Positions 49,803-59,489 of a stretch of 64,000 nt of DNA are shown here, piece by piece. The translations under genes were made by a program, and so were the position numbers. The DNA lies in NCBI GenBank assembly GCA_037444305.1, contig JBBIMP010000029.1:2758-66757 (forward strand), written 5' to 3'. Positions within the stretch are counted from its first letter, which is position 1. Each line of letters starts with the position of its first letter. The notes beneath the pieces are model-generated. The model did not search any database. It was not told where the DNA came from and worked only from the letters and a program-made list of their open reading frames with translations. Source of the DNA: Acidobacteriota bacterium (GTDB taxonomy: Bacteria > Acidobacteriota > UBA6911).

Positions 49803-51026
49803 TTACTTCATTGACAGGACTTTGTCGAAGCGCTCGAACGCCCAGTCCACCTCTTCCCGCGTGATGATCAGCGGCGGCGCCACCCGGATGACGTGCTGGT
49901 GGGTCTCCTTGCAGAGGATCCCCTCGCGCATCAGTTCCTCGCAGTAAGGCCTCGCCGGAACCGTCAGCTCGATGCCGATCCACAGCCCGCGGCCCCGCAC
50001 CTCGCGGATCACGCCGGACTTTATCGTCTTCAGCCGGCCGAGCAGGTAGGCGCCCAACTCCGCCGACCTCTCGACCAGGTTCTCCTCCACCAGAACCGTA
50101 AGCGCCGTGCGGGCCACGGCACAGGCCAGCGGATTGCCGCCGAATGTGCTCCCGTGATCCCCCGGCTTGAAGACGTCCATCACTTCCCGCGGCGCCAGCA
50201 GCGCCGAGACCGGGTAGTACCCTCCCGAAAGCGCCTTGCCCACAATCAGCAGGTCGGGCCGGACATCCTCGTACATGTACGCGAAGAGCCGGCCGGACCG
50301 CCCCAGCCCTGACTGGATCTCATCCAGGGCAAACAGGACGTTGTTTTCCCGGCAGATGCCGTAGCACTCCTTCAGGTAGCCGCCGGGTGGAATGATGATG
50401 CCCGCCTCCCCCTGAATGGGTTCCACGAGGAACGCGCAGGTGTTGGGTGTGACGGCGGCGCGCAGCGCCCCGGCATCCCCGTAGGGAATGATCTTGAATC
50501 CCGGCGTGTATGGGCCGAAGCCTTCCCGGTACTGCCGCTCCGTCGAAAAGCTCACGATGCAGACGGTCCGGCCGTGGAAATTCCCCGAGCAGACGATGAT
50601 TTCGGCCTTGTCCTCCGGAATGCCCTTGACCTGGTACCCCCACTTGCGCGCCGCTTTCAGTGCGGTTTCCACCGCCTCCGCGCCCGAGTTCATCGGGAGC
50701 ATCACCTCCATCCCGGTCAGCTCGTGCAGCTGCCTGCAGAGCAGCGGCAGCTGGTCGTTGCGAAACGCCCTGGAGGTGAGCGTCACCCTGCCCGCCTGTT
50801 CGGTCATGACCTCCAGGATCCGGGGGTGGCAGTGCCCCTGGTTGACGGCCGAATAGGCTGCCAGGCAATCCAGGTAGCGGTTGCCTTCCACATCGTGCAC
50901 CCAGACGCCGCTTGCCTTGCGGATGATCACGTCGAGCGGGTGGTAGTTGTGCGCGCCGAAGCGCTCTTCCATGGCTATGTAGTCCGCGGTTCGCAGCGGG
51001 TTGTCGATTCCGGTTTCGAAACTCAT
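49803..51026 (-). CDS. rocD: Ornithine aminotransferase (class III PLP aminotransferase).
   Basis: 407 aa. [17 protein letters not shown] and the PLP lysine [12 protein letters not shown]. Confidence 0.8.
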   Translation of the reverse strand: MSFETGIDNPLRTADYIAMEERFGAHNYHPLDVIIRKASGVWVHDVEGNRYLDCLAAYSAVNQGHCHPRILEVMTEQAGRVTLTSRAFRNDQLPLLCRQLHELTGMEVMLPMNSGAEAVETALKAARKWGYQVKGIPEDKAEIIVCSGNFHGRTVCIVSFSTERQYREGFGPYTPGFKIIPYGDAGALRAAVTPNTCAFLVEPIQGEAGIIIPPGGYLKECYGICRENNVLFALDEIQSGLGRSGRLFAYMYEDVRPDLLIVGKALSGGYYPVSALLAPREVMDVFKPGDHGSTFGGNPLACAVARTALTVLVEENLVERSAELGAYLLGRLKTIKSGVIREVRGRGLWIGIELTVPARPYCEELMREGILCKETHQHVIRVAPPLIITREEVDWAFERFDKVLSMK

Positions 51027-51085
51027 GCAACCTCCTTATGAATGCCGCGGCAGCCGCGCGCAGCGGCTGCCGCCGTTTGAATGTA

Positions 51086-51994
51086 TCAGTCCAAAAGCAT
51101 GGCCAGCAGCGCCATCCGGACGTACAGTCCGTTGGTGGCCTGCTGGAAGTAAAAGGCGCGCCGGTCCCCGTCCACCGTCTTGTCGAGCTCCAGCGTGCGC
51201 GGCAGCGGGTGCAGGATCATGGCGTCGGACTTCATCGATTTCAGGATGGAGGAATCGACCACGTATTTGCGCTGGTCTTCGCGGTCGGCCAGCCGCCCGG
51301 GGCGGATCTGCGTGAGGTAGACGACGTCCACTTCCCCGATCACCTTGGCCAGGTCCGCTTCCAGTTCGTACCAGATCTCCTTCTCGTCGAGGTGTTCGAG
51401 GATGTCCTCCCTCATCTGGAGTTCGGGCGGGCTGACGAAGTACATTTTCACCCTGTCGAACTTGCCCAGGAGGTAGGCCAGCGAGCGCGCCGTCCGCCCC
51501 ACGTCCAGCTCGCCGATCATTGCGATGGTCAGGCCGTCGAGCGTCCGCCGCTCGCGGAAGATCGTATAGAGATCCAGCAATGCCTGCGTAGGGTGCTGCC
51601 CCCCGCTGCCGTCGCCGGCGTTGATCACGGGGACCGTGGAAACGGATGCCGCGCGGGCCGCCCCTCCTTTTTCCGAGTGGCGGATCACGATCAGGTCCGA
51701 GTAGCCGGAGATGATGCGGATCGTGTCCTCGAGCTGCTCCCCGTCGAACTCGGACGAAAAGAGCTTGGCCTGCTCGGTCGAGCACACGCGGCCGCCAAGC
51801 CTGAGCATGGCGGCCTCGAAGCAGATGCGGGTGCGCGTCGACGGCTGGTAGAAAAGCGTCGCCATGATTTTGTGCTGGTAGTCGAGCGTGCCGCCCCGCG
51901 CCACGATCCGCTCCATGGCCCTGGTGCGGTCGAAAAGCTCCATGAGCCAGGGAACGGTGAACTGCTGGGACTCGATTACATGCTGGAGTTTCAT
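51086..51994 (-). CDS. pyrB: Aspartate-carbamoyltransferase-type transcarbamylase (PyrB-like catalytic chain, 302 aa).
   Basis: STRTR, HPTQALLDLYTI and HPLPR motifs (ATCase-type, not OTCase HCLP). Start at MKLQHVIE with a GAGGTGG RBS. The ORF-track N-terminal extension is out-of-frame junk. Confidence 0.7.
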   Translation of the reverse strand: MKLQHVIESQQFTVPWLMELFDRTRAMERIVARGGTLDYQHKIMATLFYQPSTRTRICFEAAMLRLGGRVCSTEQAKLFSSEFDGEQLEDTIRIISGYSDLIVIRHSEKGGAARAASVSTVPVINAGDGSGGQHPTQALLDLYTIFRERRTLDGLTIAMIGELDVGRTARSLAYLLGKFDRVKMYFVSPPELQMREDILEHLDEKEIWYELEADLAKVIGEVDVVYLTQIRPGRLADREDQRKYVVDSSILKSMKSDAMILHPLPRTLELDKTVDGDRRAFYFQQATNGLYVRMALLAMLLD

Positions 51995-52050
51995 CTTCCA
52001 CCTCTGGTGCTGATTCTCTGTCACGGCTTCCAAGGATTCGGCGAAATCCT

Positions 52051-52989
52051 TCAGGGGAATACGTGCGTGCCCGCGCTTCCGGAGACGGCGTCGGCCAGGT
52101 TCTCGAGCGAGGTGATGACCGCCTCCTTTCCGCCGCCCTCCAGGAACGAGAGTATGGACTCCACCTTCGGCCCCATGCTCCCGGGCGGAAACTGCCCATC
52201 CTCGAGGTGGCGGCGCAGTTCGGCGGCCGTCACCCTCTCGAGAGCCTTCTGCCCGGGCTTGCGGTAGTTCAGGTAGATGTGGTCGGCGTCGGTGGAAAAG
52301 ACCAGCTTGTCCACGCCGAGCTTGCCGGCCAGAAGCGTCGAGGCGCGGTCCTTGTCGATGACCGCATCCACGCCGCGCAGCCTGCCGTTCTCCCGCACCA
52401 CGGGGATGCCTCCTCCTCCCGTGGCGATCACGAGCGCCCCCTGGCCCAGGACGAGGCGGATGGTACGCTCCTCCACGATTTCCACCGGCGCCGGCGAGGC
52501 CACCACCCGCCTGTAGCCGCGGGAGGAATCCTCCACCATCTTCCACCCAAGCGCTCTTTGCCTGGCCTCGGCGTGCGCCTCCGAGTAGAAAGGCCCGATC
52601 GGTTTGGAAGGCCGGCCGAAAGCGGGATCGTCCGCCCGCACGACCACCTGGGTGAGAACCACGATCACGGGGATGTCCAGCCCGGCGGCTTCGATCTCCT
52701 GCTGCAGCGACTGCTGCAGGATGTATCCGATCTCCCCCTGGGTGGCGGCGACGCAGACGTCCAGGCTTTGCTCGTAGACTTGTCCCGCCGCCCGTTCCGA
52801 GCGCAGCAGCGCGGCTCCGACCTGCGGGCCGTTCCCGTGCGTGACGACGATGCTAAGGCCGCCTCGGAGCAGCGAGACGATCGCTTTGCCGACACGGTGC
52901 GCGTTTGCGATCTGCTCCGGAATGGTCCCCTTCTCACCGGCCCGGATGAGGGAGTTGCCGCCGACTGCGATGAGGGCCGATTGCGGCAT
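52051..52989 (-). CDS. arcC: Carbamate kinase.
   Basis: MPQSALIAVGGNSL...VVTHGNGPQVG... 312 aa amino-acid-kinase fold. Confidence 0.85.
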   Translation of the reverse strand: MPQSALIAVGGNSLIRAGEKGTIPEQIANAHRVGKAIVSLLRGGLSIVVTHGNGPQVGAALLRSERAAGQVYEQSLDVCVAATQGEIGYILQQSLQQEIEAAGLDIPVIVVLTQVVVRADDPAFGRPSKPIGPFYSEAHAEARQRALGWKMVEDSSRGYRRVVASPAPVEIVEERTIRLVLGQGALVIATGGGGIPVVRENGRLRGVDAVIDKDRASTLLAGKLGVDKLVFSTDADHIYLNYRKPGQKALERVTAAELRRHLEDGQFPPGSMGPKVESILSFLEGGGKEAVITSLENLADAVSGSAGTHVFP

Positions 52990-52992
52990 GGG

Positions 52993-53910
52993 TCACCTCA
53001 TCAGGTGCAGCATGATGGCCTTCTGCGCGTGCAGGCGGTTCTCCGCCTGCTGGAAGACCACCGAACGGGGCGAATCGATCACCTCGGCGGCCACCTCCTC
53101 GCCGCGGTGCGCCGGCAGGCAGTGCATGAAGACCGCATCCGGTTTGGCATGCGCAAAGAGGGCCGCATTGACCTGGTACGGCTGGAAGGCCTTCAGGCGT
53201 TCCTGCGTCTCGGCCTCCTGCCCCATGCTCGTCCAGACGTCGGTGTAGATCACGTCGGCGTCCTTCGCCGCATCCGCCGGATTCCGGGTCACGTCGATCC
53301 TGGCGCCGGTCCCGCCGATGTTCCCGCGGACCCAATCCATCACCCCGGCCGCCGGTTCGTAGCCCTGGGGCGTCGCCACCGCCAGGTGGACTCCCAGCCT
53401 GACGGCGCCGTGGATCAGCGAGTGGGCGACGTTGTTGCCGTCGCCGATGTAGGCGACCTTGCACTTGCGCAGATCCCCCTTCAACTCCATGATCGTCAGG
53501 TAGTCGGCCATCGCCTGGCAGGGGTGGTTGAAGTCGGTGAGCCCGTTGATCACCGGGATGGCGGCGTTTTTGGCCAGTTCCACCACGACCTCGTGGCTGA
53601 AGGTCCGCGCCATGACGCCCTGGACCATCCGCTCCAGGTTGTGCGCCACGTCGGCCACCGACTCGCGCTTGCCGAGGCTGATCTCCGCCGGCGAGAGGCA
53701 GAGCGAAAAACCGCCCAGCTGCTGAATGCCCACGTCGAAGGTCACGCGCGTCCGCAGCGAGGGTTTCTCGAAGATCAGCGCCAGCGCCTTGCCTTTGAGC
53801 GCGCTGCTGTATTTGTCGGGCGCCGCCTTGACGTCCGCGGCCTCCTTGAGCAGCCCGGCAATTTCCGCCGGGGAGTAGTCGGCAATGCAGATGAAGTCCT
53901 TTTTTTTCAT
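52993..53910 (-). CDS. argF: Ornithine carbamoyltransferase.
   Basis: SLRTR, HPCQ, DGNNVAHS and HCLPAHRGEE motifs. 305 aa. Confidence 0.85.
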   Translation of the reverse strand: MKKKDFICIADYSPAEIAGLLKEAADVKAAPDKYSSALKGKALALIFEKPSLRTRVTFDVGIQQLGGFSLCLSPAEISLGKRESVADVAHNLERMVQGVMARTFSHEVVVELAKNAAIPVINGLTDFNHPCQAMADYLTIMELKGDLRKCKVAYIGDGNNVAHSLIHGAVRLGVHLAVATPQGYEPAAGVMDWVRGNIGGTGARIDVTRNPADAAKDADVIYTDVWTSMGQEAETQERLKAFQPYQVNAALFAHAKPDAVFMHCLPAHRGEEVAAEVIDSPRSVVFQQAENRLHAQKAIMLHLMR

Positions 53911-53924
53911 GACGGGATCATTCC

Positions 53925-55259
53925 TCAATTCGCTTTCGATAAAAACCTGTCGATCAGCCCTTCGAGCGCCACCGTGGTGTTTTTGTCCAGTTCGTAGGTC
54001 ACCCTCATCTTGGGGTGGCGGATGTTGATGAGCGCCGCCAGGTCGAAGGGTGTGCCCACGAGCACCAGGTCGCAGGGGACGGCATCGATCGTGGCCTGGA
54101 GCTCGCTTACCTGCTGCTCGCCGTACCCCATGGCCGGGAGCACGTCGGTGAGGTGAGTGTATTTCTCGAAGACACCCCGGATCGAGCCGACAGCGTAGGG
54201 CCTCGGGTCCACGATCGCGGCGGCGCCGAACTCTCTGGCGGCCACGTGCGCGGCGCCATAGGTCATTTCGCCATGGGTCAGCGTGGGGCCGTCTTCCACC
54301 ACCAGGACGCGCTTCCCCTTGATGGCCGCTTCGTCGGCGACGTGCACCTCGGAATCGGCCTTCAGGAGCAGCGCGCCGGGATTCATGCGCCGCGCGTTCT
54401 CCTCCACCTGCGCGATGCCGGCGGCATCCGCCGTGTTGACCTTGTTCATGATGAGCACCTGCGCCATCCGCAGGTTGGTCTCCCCCGGGTGATAGAGCAG
54501 CTCGTGCCCGGGCCTGTGCGGATCCACGATCACGATCCGGAGATCCGACTCGTAGAACGGGATGTCGTTGTTGCCGCCGTCCCAGAGGATGACGTCCGCC
54601 TCCTTTTCCGCCACGCGCAGGATCTCCTCGTAGTCCACGCCCGCGAAGACGAGGTTGCCCTTGTTGATGTGAGACTCGTACTCCTCGCGCTCCTCGATCG
54701 TGCACTGGTGGCGGTTCAGGTCAGCAAGCGTCTCGAAACGCTGGCACCGCTGGTCGTTCAGGTCCGCCCCGTAGGGCATCGGGTGGCGGATGACCGCGAC
54801 GGACTTGCCGCGGCTGCGCAGGATCTCGGTGATCCGCCGCGAGGTCTGGCTCTTGCCGCAGCCCGTGCGGACGGCGCAGACGGAGATGACCGGTTTGCTC
54901 GAGCGGACCGTGGTGGAGTCGGCGCCCATGAGGCGGAAGTCTGCCCCCAGCGAGTTCACCAGCGCCGCGCGGTGCATGACCTCCACGTGCGGGACGTCGC
55001 TGTAGGCGAAGATCACTTCGTCCACGCCGAACCTGCCGATGAGTTCCGGCAGCTCCGCCTCGTCGAAGATCGGGATGCCGTCCGGGTACAGTTCGCCGGC
55101 GAGTTCGGGCGGGTAGGTTCTTCCGGCGATGCCGGGAATCTGGAAGGCGGTGAAGGCCTGGACCTGGTAGCGCGGGTCATTGCGGAAATAGACGTTGAAG
55201 TTGTGAAAGTCTCTTCCGGCCGCTCCCATTATGATGACTTTTTGCTTCTTATCAGGCAT
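53925..55259 (-). CDS. P-loop NTPase of the cyclic 2,3-diphosphoglycerate synthetase-like family (tentative). It is the first gene of the transcarbamylase/carbamate kinase cluster.
   Basis: 444 aa. Internal Walker A VRTGCGKSQTS. The family assignment is from memory of cPGS-like architecture and is not verified. Confidence 0.45.
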   Translation of the reverse strand: MPDKKQKVIIMGAAGRDFHNFNVYFRNDPRYQVQAFTAFQIPGIAGRTYPPELAGELYPDGIPIFDEAELPELIGRFGVDEVIFAYSDVPHVEVMHRAALVNSLGADFRLMGADSTTVRSSKPVISVCAVRTGCGKSQTSRRITEILRSRGKSVAVIRHPMPYGADLNDQRCQRFETLADLNRHQCTIEEREEYESHINKGNLVFAGVDYEEILRVAEKEADVILWDGGNNDIPFYESDLRIVIVDPHRPGHELLYHPGETNLRMAQVLIMNKVNTADAAGIAQVEENARRMNPGALLLKADSEVHVADEAAIKGKRVLVVEDGPTLTHGEMTYGAAHVAAREFGAAAIVDPRPYAVGSIRGVFEKYTHLTDVLPAMGYGEQQVSELQATIDAVPCDLVLVGTPFDLAALINIRHPKMRVTYELDKNTTVALEGLIDRFLSKAN

Positions 55260-55389
55260 TGTCTCTCCCCAATATTAGGTAAGGAACGAGTGCTTCCCCG
55301 CACGCAGATCCTGTGCGGGCAGGCGAACAGAAACATGAATATTACTATAAGGCCAATTGTTTGTTCCAGTAAGGGTGCATAAAAGCTGG

Positions 55390-55429
55390 GTCTCCGTGCT
55401 TCTCCGTGGACCTCCGTGTGACGCTTTTG
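55390..55429. repeat. CACGGAG-family half-element (three ctccgtg units) in the divergent region between the cPGS-like gene and mutS2.
   Basis: gtctccgtgcttctccgtggacctccgtgtgacgcttttg. The AT-rich stretch 55331-55386 is adjacent. Confidence 0.5.
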
Positions 55430-55473
55430 TTTTTCTCCCCCCCAAACGGCATGATAGGCTTCCGGCCTACCCT

Positions 55474-57876
55474 ATGAACGACCAGACCTTCGAAACCCTT
55501 GAACTCGATGAACTCATCGCCTTGCTGGAAAAGCACGCCCAGACGCCGATGGGCCACGCTCTCGTCCTCGGCCTCCGCCCCTCGACCGACCGCGGCTCGA
55601 TCGAACACGCCCTCGACCTGACGACCGAGAGCGCGGCGCTGCTCCAAACCGGCGCGCGCCTGGGCCTGAGCGGCATTTCCGATCCGGATCCCGCGCTTGC
55701 CCTCCTCCAGATTGAAGGCACCAGCCTCGAGCCGCTCCAGATCCTTGCGTTTGAACGCCTGATCGCCGTCGGTATGGACCTGCGCGCCATGTTCCGGAAC
55801 CCCGAGACGCGGGAGCTGTGCCCGAAGCTGTCGGAGATCGCCGCACGCACGCCCGATCTCCGGGGTCTCCTGGGCGGAATGCGCGGCAAGATCCTGCCCG
55901 ACGGCAGCATCGACGACAATGCCAGCCCCGAGCTGCGCTCCCTGCGCAGGACGATCCAGATCTCGCGGGAGCGCATCCACCGCTCGCTCGAATCCATCAT
56001 GCGCAAGCAGGACCACGCCGTGCAGGACGACATCGTCACCTTCCGCCACGGACGGTTCGTCATCCCCATTCGCACCGACTCGCGCGGGCAGGTGCCGGGG
56101 GTGATGCACGGCCTTTCCTCCAGCGGCCAGACGACGTTCGTGGAGCCGCTCGCGGTCATCGAGCACAACAACGAGCTGGTGCGCCTGCGGGAGCAGGAGG
56201 AGATGGAGATCGCCCGGATCCTGCACGAAATCTCCGACTCGCTCCGGGAGAGCCTCGAGGCCCTGCGCGCCGTGGTATCGGCCCTGGCCGAATTGGATTT
56301 CGCCCAGGCGCGGGCGAAGCTTTCGCTCGAGTTCCAGTGTGTGCGGCCCGCGATCGATCCCGAAGCACGCCTGCGCGTGCTTAACCTGAGGCACATCCCG
56401 CTGCAGCACAACCTCGGCAAGTCGGGCGAAAAGATCGTGCCCATTTCCTTCGAGCTGGCCGAGGGGCAGAACGTCCTGGTGATCAGCGGGCCGAACGCGG
56501 GCGGCAAGACGGTCGTCCTGAAAACCGTGGGCCTGGCGGCGCTCATGGCCCAGATGGGGCTCCACGTGCCTGCGGAGGAAGCCGCCCTCCCGGTCTACCG
56601 GAGGATGTACGCCGACATCGGCGACCAGCAGTCGATCGCCGCCAACCTCTCGACCTTCACGGCCCACATGCGGAATATCGCTGCCATGGCGCGCGGGGTG
56701 GACACGGACACGCTGCTCCTGCTCGACGAGGTGGGCACCGGCACCGATCCGCAGGAAGGAGCGGCGCTGGCCGTCGCGATCGTCGACCACTTCCGGCGCA
56801 CCGGAGCGACGACCATGGCCACGACCCACTACAACGAGCTGAAGATGTGGGCCACCGGCGCCGAGGGCGTACTGAACGCCTCCGTCGAGTTCGACGAAGC
56901 CACGCTCAAACCGACCTACCGCCTCATCAGCGGGGTGGCCGGCGCATCTGCGGGATTCGAAATCGCCCGCCGGATGGAGGTGCCGGATGCCATCTTAGGC
57001 GCCGGAAAGGCCATGTTGTCTCCCGATCAGGCGCGCGCAACGGACTACCTGAAGAAGATCAAGGCGTCGGCGGACGAGCTGGAGGCGAAGAAGGCTGCGC
57101 TGGAGGCCGAGCTGGCTGAGACCGCGCGCCTGCGGCGGCAACTGAAGGAGGACCATTCGGCGCAGGAGGAGGCCAGGAAGGCCAAATTCGAAAAGGCGCT
57201 CGAGAAGGTTCTCGGAGAGCACCGCCGGGAAAGTGAACGCCTGATCGCGGAGCTCAAAGACCGCGCCGCGGCGGAGAAGGTGAAGCGGACCGCTTCCGCC
57301 GCCGCCGCGCGGCTGGCGGGCAAAGGCCGGAGGCTGCGCGCGCAGGCGCAGGAAGAGCTGGGGCTCGCGGCCGCCGCGGAGGGTGCGCCGGCAGGCGATC
57401 CCGGCCGCCAGGATGAACCGCGGGAGGGCGACCTTGTCCTGGTGCAATCCCTGGACAAGCAGGGGGTGGTGGAATCGGCATCGGAGGACACCTTCACGAT
57501 CCGCATCGGGGCCCTCCGCTTCCGCGCGCGCCGGGACGAATTGATGGTCCTCGCCGCTCCCGGGGACAAACCCGCGGCGGAAGGTCAAGGCAGGACACGC
57601 GGCGCGGTCGAGACCGGCATCGACGCGGATTTCAATCCGGAATTGAAGGTCATCGGCCAGACGGCGGACGAGGCGGTTGCGCACGTGGACAAGTTCCTGG
57701 ATGAGGCATTCCTGGCGGGCGTGGAGAGCGTGAGGATCATCCACGGGCACGGCAAGGGGATTTTGCGCAAGGCGATCGCGGAACTCCTGACCGGTCACCC
57801 CCAGGTCAAGGGATTCGAGCCCGCCCCGCCAAACCAGGGCGGGAGCGGCGCGACCATCGCGTTCATCAACCGCTAG
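55474..57876 (+). CDS. mutS2: Endonuclease MutS2 (MutS domain plus C-terminal Smr).
   Basis: Walker A GPNAGGKT. DEVGTGTD. C-terminal Smr ELKVIGQTADEAVAHVDKFLDEA...IIHGHGKGILR. Confidence 0.85.
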   Translation: MNDQTFETLELDELIALLEKHAQTPMGHALVLGLRPSTDRGSIEHALDLTTESAALLQTGARLGLSGISDPDPALALLQIEGTSLEPLQILAFERLIAVGMDLRAMFRNPETRELCPKLSEIAARTPDLRGLLGGMRGKILPDGSIDDNASPELRSLRRTIQISRERIHRSLESIMRKQDHAVQDDIVTFRHGRFVIPIRTDSRGQVPGVMHGLSSSGQTTFVEPLAVIEHNNELVRLREQEEMEIARILHEISDSLRESLEALRAVVSALAELDFAQARAKLSLEFQCVRPAIDPEARLRVLNLRHIPLQHNLGKSGEKIVPISFELAEGQNVLVISGPNAGGKTVVLKTVGLAALMAQMGLHVPAEEAALPVYRRMYADIGDQQSIAANLSTFTAHMRNIAAMARGVDTDTLLLLDEVGTGTDPQEGAALAVAIVDHFRRTGATTMATTHYNELKMWATGAEGVLNASVEFDEATLKPTYRLISGVAGASAGFEIARRMEVPDAILGAGKAMLSPDQARATDYLKKIKASADELEAKKAALEAELAETARLRRQLKEDHSAQEEARKAKFEKALEKVLGEHRRESERLIAELKDRAAAEKVKRTASAAAARLAGKGRRLRAQAQEELGLAAAAEGAPAGDPGRQDEPREGDLVLVQSLDKQGVVESASEDTFTIRIGALRFRARRDELMVLAAPGDKPAAEGQGRTRGAVETGIDADFNPELKVIGQTADEAVAHVDKFLDEAFLAGVESVRIIHGHGKGILRKAIAELLTGHPQVKGFEPAPPNQGGSGATIAFINR

Positions 57877-57924
57877 TGCGCTTAAAGAGCCTGCTTGCTC
57901 AGGAATGCGGGAAACGGCGCCGCG

Positions 57925-58072
57925 ATAACAACGAGCGGTCAGGCGGCCCAGTCAGGCAACACAACCCGTCGCTGCCGCTCCGGGCGCCGTTGACTCCCGG
58001 CCGGCAAGCACGATTGGCACATGCAGCAGCGTGGAACCACCGAGGAAAGCCGTATTAGCGGGAGCGGCAAAC
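57925..58072 (-). repeat. Copy 5 of the modular interspersed repeat (reverse orientation), abutting a truncated IMPase gene.
   Basis: acccgtcgctgccgctccgggcgccgttgactcccggccggcaagca (A') and gcagcagcgtggaaccaccgaggaaagccgtattagcg (C'). Confidence 0.65.
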
Positions 58073-58230
58073 CTTGGGATTACGCCCCCGCGCGCATCAT
58101 CGCCGCCGAGTGCGGCGCCCTGTTCCTCACCCAGGACGGCAGCGCAAGGATCGATGCCGGCCACTGCGTGATCTGCGCGCCGGGGCTCGAGGAAGAAATC
58201 CGGAAGATTCTGCGGATTCCCCGCCGCTGA
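58072..58230 (+). pseudogene. 3' remnant of an inositol-monophosphatase-family (SuhB/CysQ/HisN-like) gene, truncated at the repeat boundary.
   Basis: PWDYAPARIIAAECGALFLTQDGSARIDAGHCVICAPGLEEEIRKIL matches the IMPase C-terminal WD(F/Y)AAG..EAGG..D motif. No upstream IMPase N-terminal sequence is present. The repeat occupies that position. Confidence 0.55.
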
Positions 58231-58238
58231 ATGGCGCC

Positions 58239-59381
58239 TCAGGGGGCGGAGATGTAATCCGTGGTCACCAGGCTCCAGTAGTCGCCGCACAACCCCTTGT
58301 CGTAGTTCTCCAGAAACGTCCGGATGTTCCCGAGCAGCGTCGTGATGCGGTGCCCGGGCACGCGCGCCGGGTGAAGGATCCGCGAATTGGCATAGGCGCG
58401 GATGAAGAGGCTGCTGTCCGAGAGCGGCAGTTTCCGGACATTCTCCACGAAATCCGGGAAGACGCCGTTCCTGAAAAGGTACTGCTCGACGTTGGAAGTG
58501 TAGAAAGCCGACACCGTGTACCCTTCCCGGCGAAGGTGCTCTGCCACAGCGGCAAAGGCCCTGGATCCGGCGAAATCGCCCACGACCGGGACGATGCGGT
58601 TTTCCAACTGCAAGCGGCGCACGAAAGCATAATCCTCCGCCGAAGCGAGGAAGTGCCCGCGGCTTCCCTCGAGATCGGTCTCCAGCAGGAGATCCGCCAG
58701 GGTGGGAAAACTTCGCCCCCATCCCCAGGAGCTGCCGCTGCGGAACGACCGGTAGCTGATGCCCAGTCCCGCGTCCCGGAACGCGGCCATAACGTGCTCC
58801 AGCGCGTCGCGGTCGTCGTCATTGAGTGGGATCCGGAAATCATGCTCGATCCTCTTCCGGACCCGCTGCAGCGTGGACCGGAAGGACGCCGGATCCGGCG
58901 CGGTCTTTGCCAGAAATGCAAGCGTCTCCTCCAGGCCCGTTTCCGGCTTCGGGGCTCCGTCGCCCTCGAGCGGCCGGCTCAGGAGCGCCGCGAGGAACAG
59001 GTCGCGGCTTTCGGACATGTGAAAGAGCGCCTTCAGCGCCAGGTGCTGGATCACCGCCTGCCGGCGTATGTCGATGATAAAGGCGATCGCGGGACGGATC
59101 TTGGCAATGTAGGTGAAGTTCTGCTCGGGACCGACCCCGATGTAGGCTCCTCCGGTCACGCCCAGCTCTTTCATGAGCGGGACGATGTGCAGGAAGGAGG
59201 TTTCGTTGGAAATAAAATTGTCCGAGCGGAAATAGCCGCCGTCTTCGGACCAATCGACCGTCATCCGGGCAAATTCCGCTGCCGGTATGGCGCCGGATCC
59301 GGGGTGAAGGGCGGCATCCTGTCCCGCGGGATAGGCATAAAAGAGCGCGGCAAGGACCGCAATCGAGAGCTTCCTGATCAC
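58239..59381 (-). CDS. Secreted hypothetical protein (unassigned family).
   Basis: GTG start at 59381 preceded by GGAAAGGAG. Signal peptide MIRKLSIAVLAALFYAYPAG. Continuous 380-aa frame. The TTG at 59423 given by the ORF track is less likely. Confidence 0.55.
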   Translation of the reverse strand: MIRKLSIAVLAALFYAYPAGQDAALHPGSGAIPAAEFARMTVDWSEDGGYFRSDNFISNETSFLHIVPLMKELGVTGGAYIGVGPEQNFTYIAKIRPAIAFIIDIRRQAVIQHLALKALFHMSESRDLFLAALLSRPLEGDGAPKPETGLEETLAFLAKTAPDPASFRSTLQRVRKRIEHDFRIPLNDDDRDALEHVMAAFRDAGLGISYRSFRSGSSWGWGRSFPTLADLLLETDLEGSRGHFLASAEDYAFVRRLQLENRIVPVVGDFAGSRAFAAVAEHLRREGYTVSAFYTSNVEQYLFRNGVFPDFVENVRKLPLSDSSLFIRAYANSRILHPARVPGHRITTLLGNIRTFLENYDKGLCGDYWSLVTTDYISAP

Positions 59382-59489
59382 GCAACTCCTTTCCTGCAGA
59401 TTCAGGATCCTGCCGGAAGACAAATCCCCTGCCGTGGAAGGAGCATTCCCGCGGCCATGGATAAATTGTTTTCCATCTGCGGTCCGTGC

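Noticed and set aside
51086-52546. 486-aa minus-strand ORF.
   Set aside because: Only the last 302 codons (from MKLQHVIE at 51994) are transcarbamylase. The upstream 184 codons are Gly/Arg-rich read-through and overlap the carbamate kinase gene in another frame.
52993-54705. 570-aa ORF spanning OTCase and the upstream gene.
   Set aside because: The N-terminal 265 codons are antisense or out-of-frame with the cPGS-like gene. The OTCase starts at MKKKDFICIADY (53910).
58021-58230. 69-aa ORF taken as an intact small gene.
   Set aside because: Its sequence is the C-terminal segment of an inositol monophosphatase. It is annotated as a gene remnant instead.
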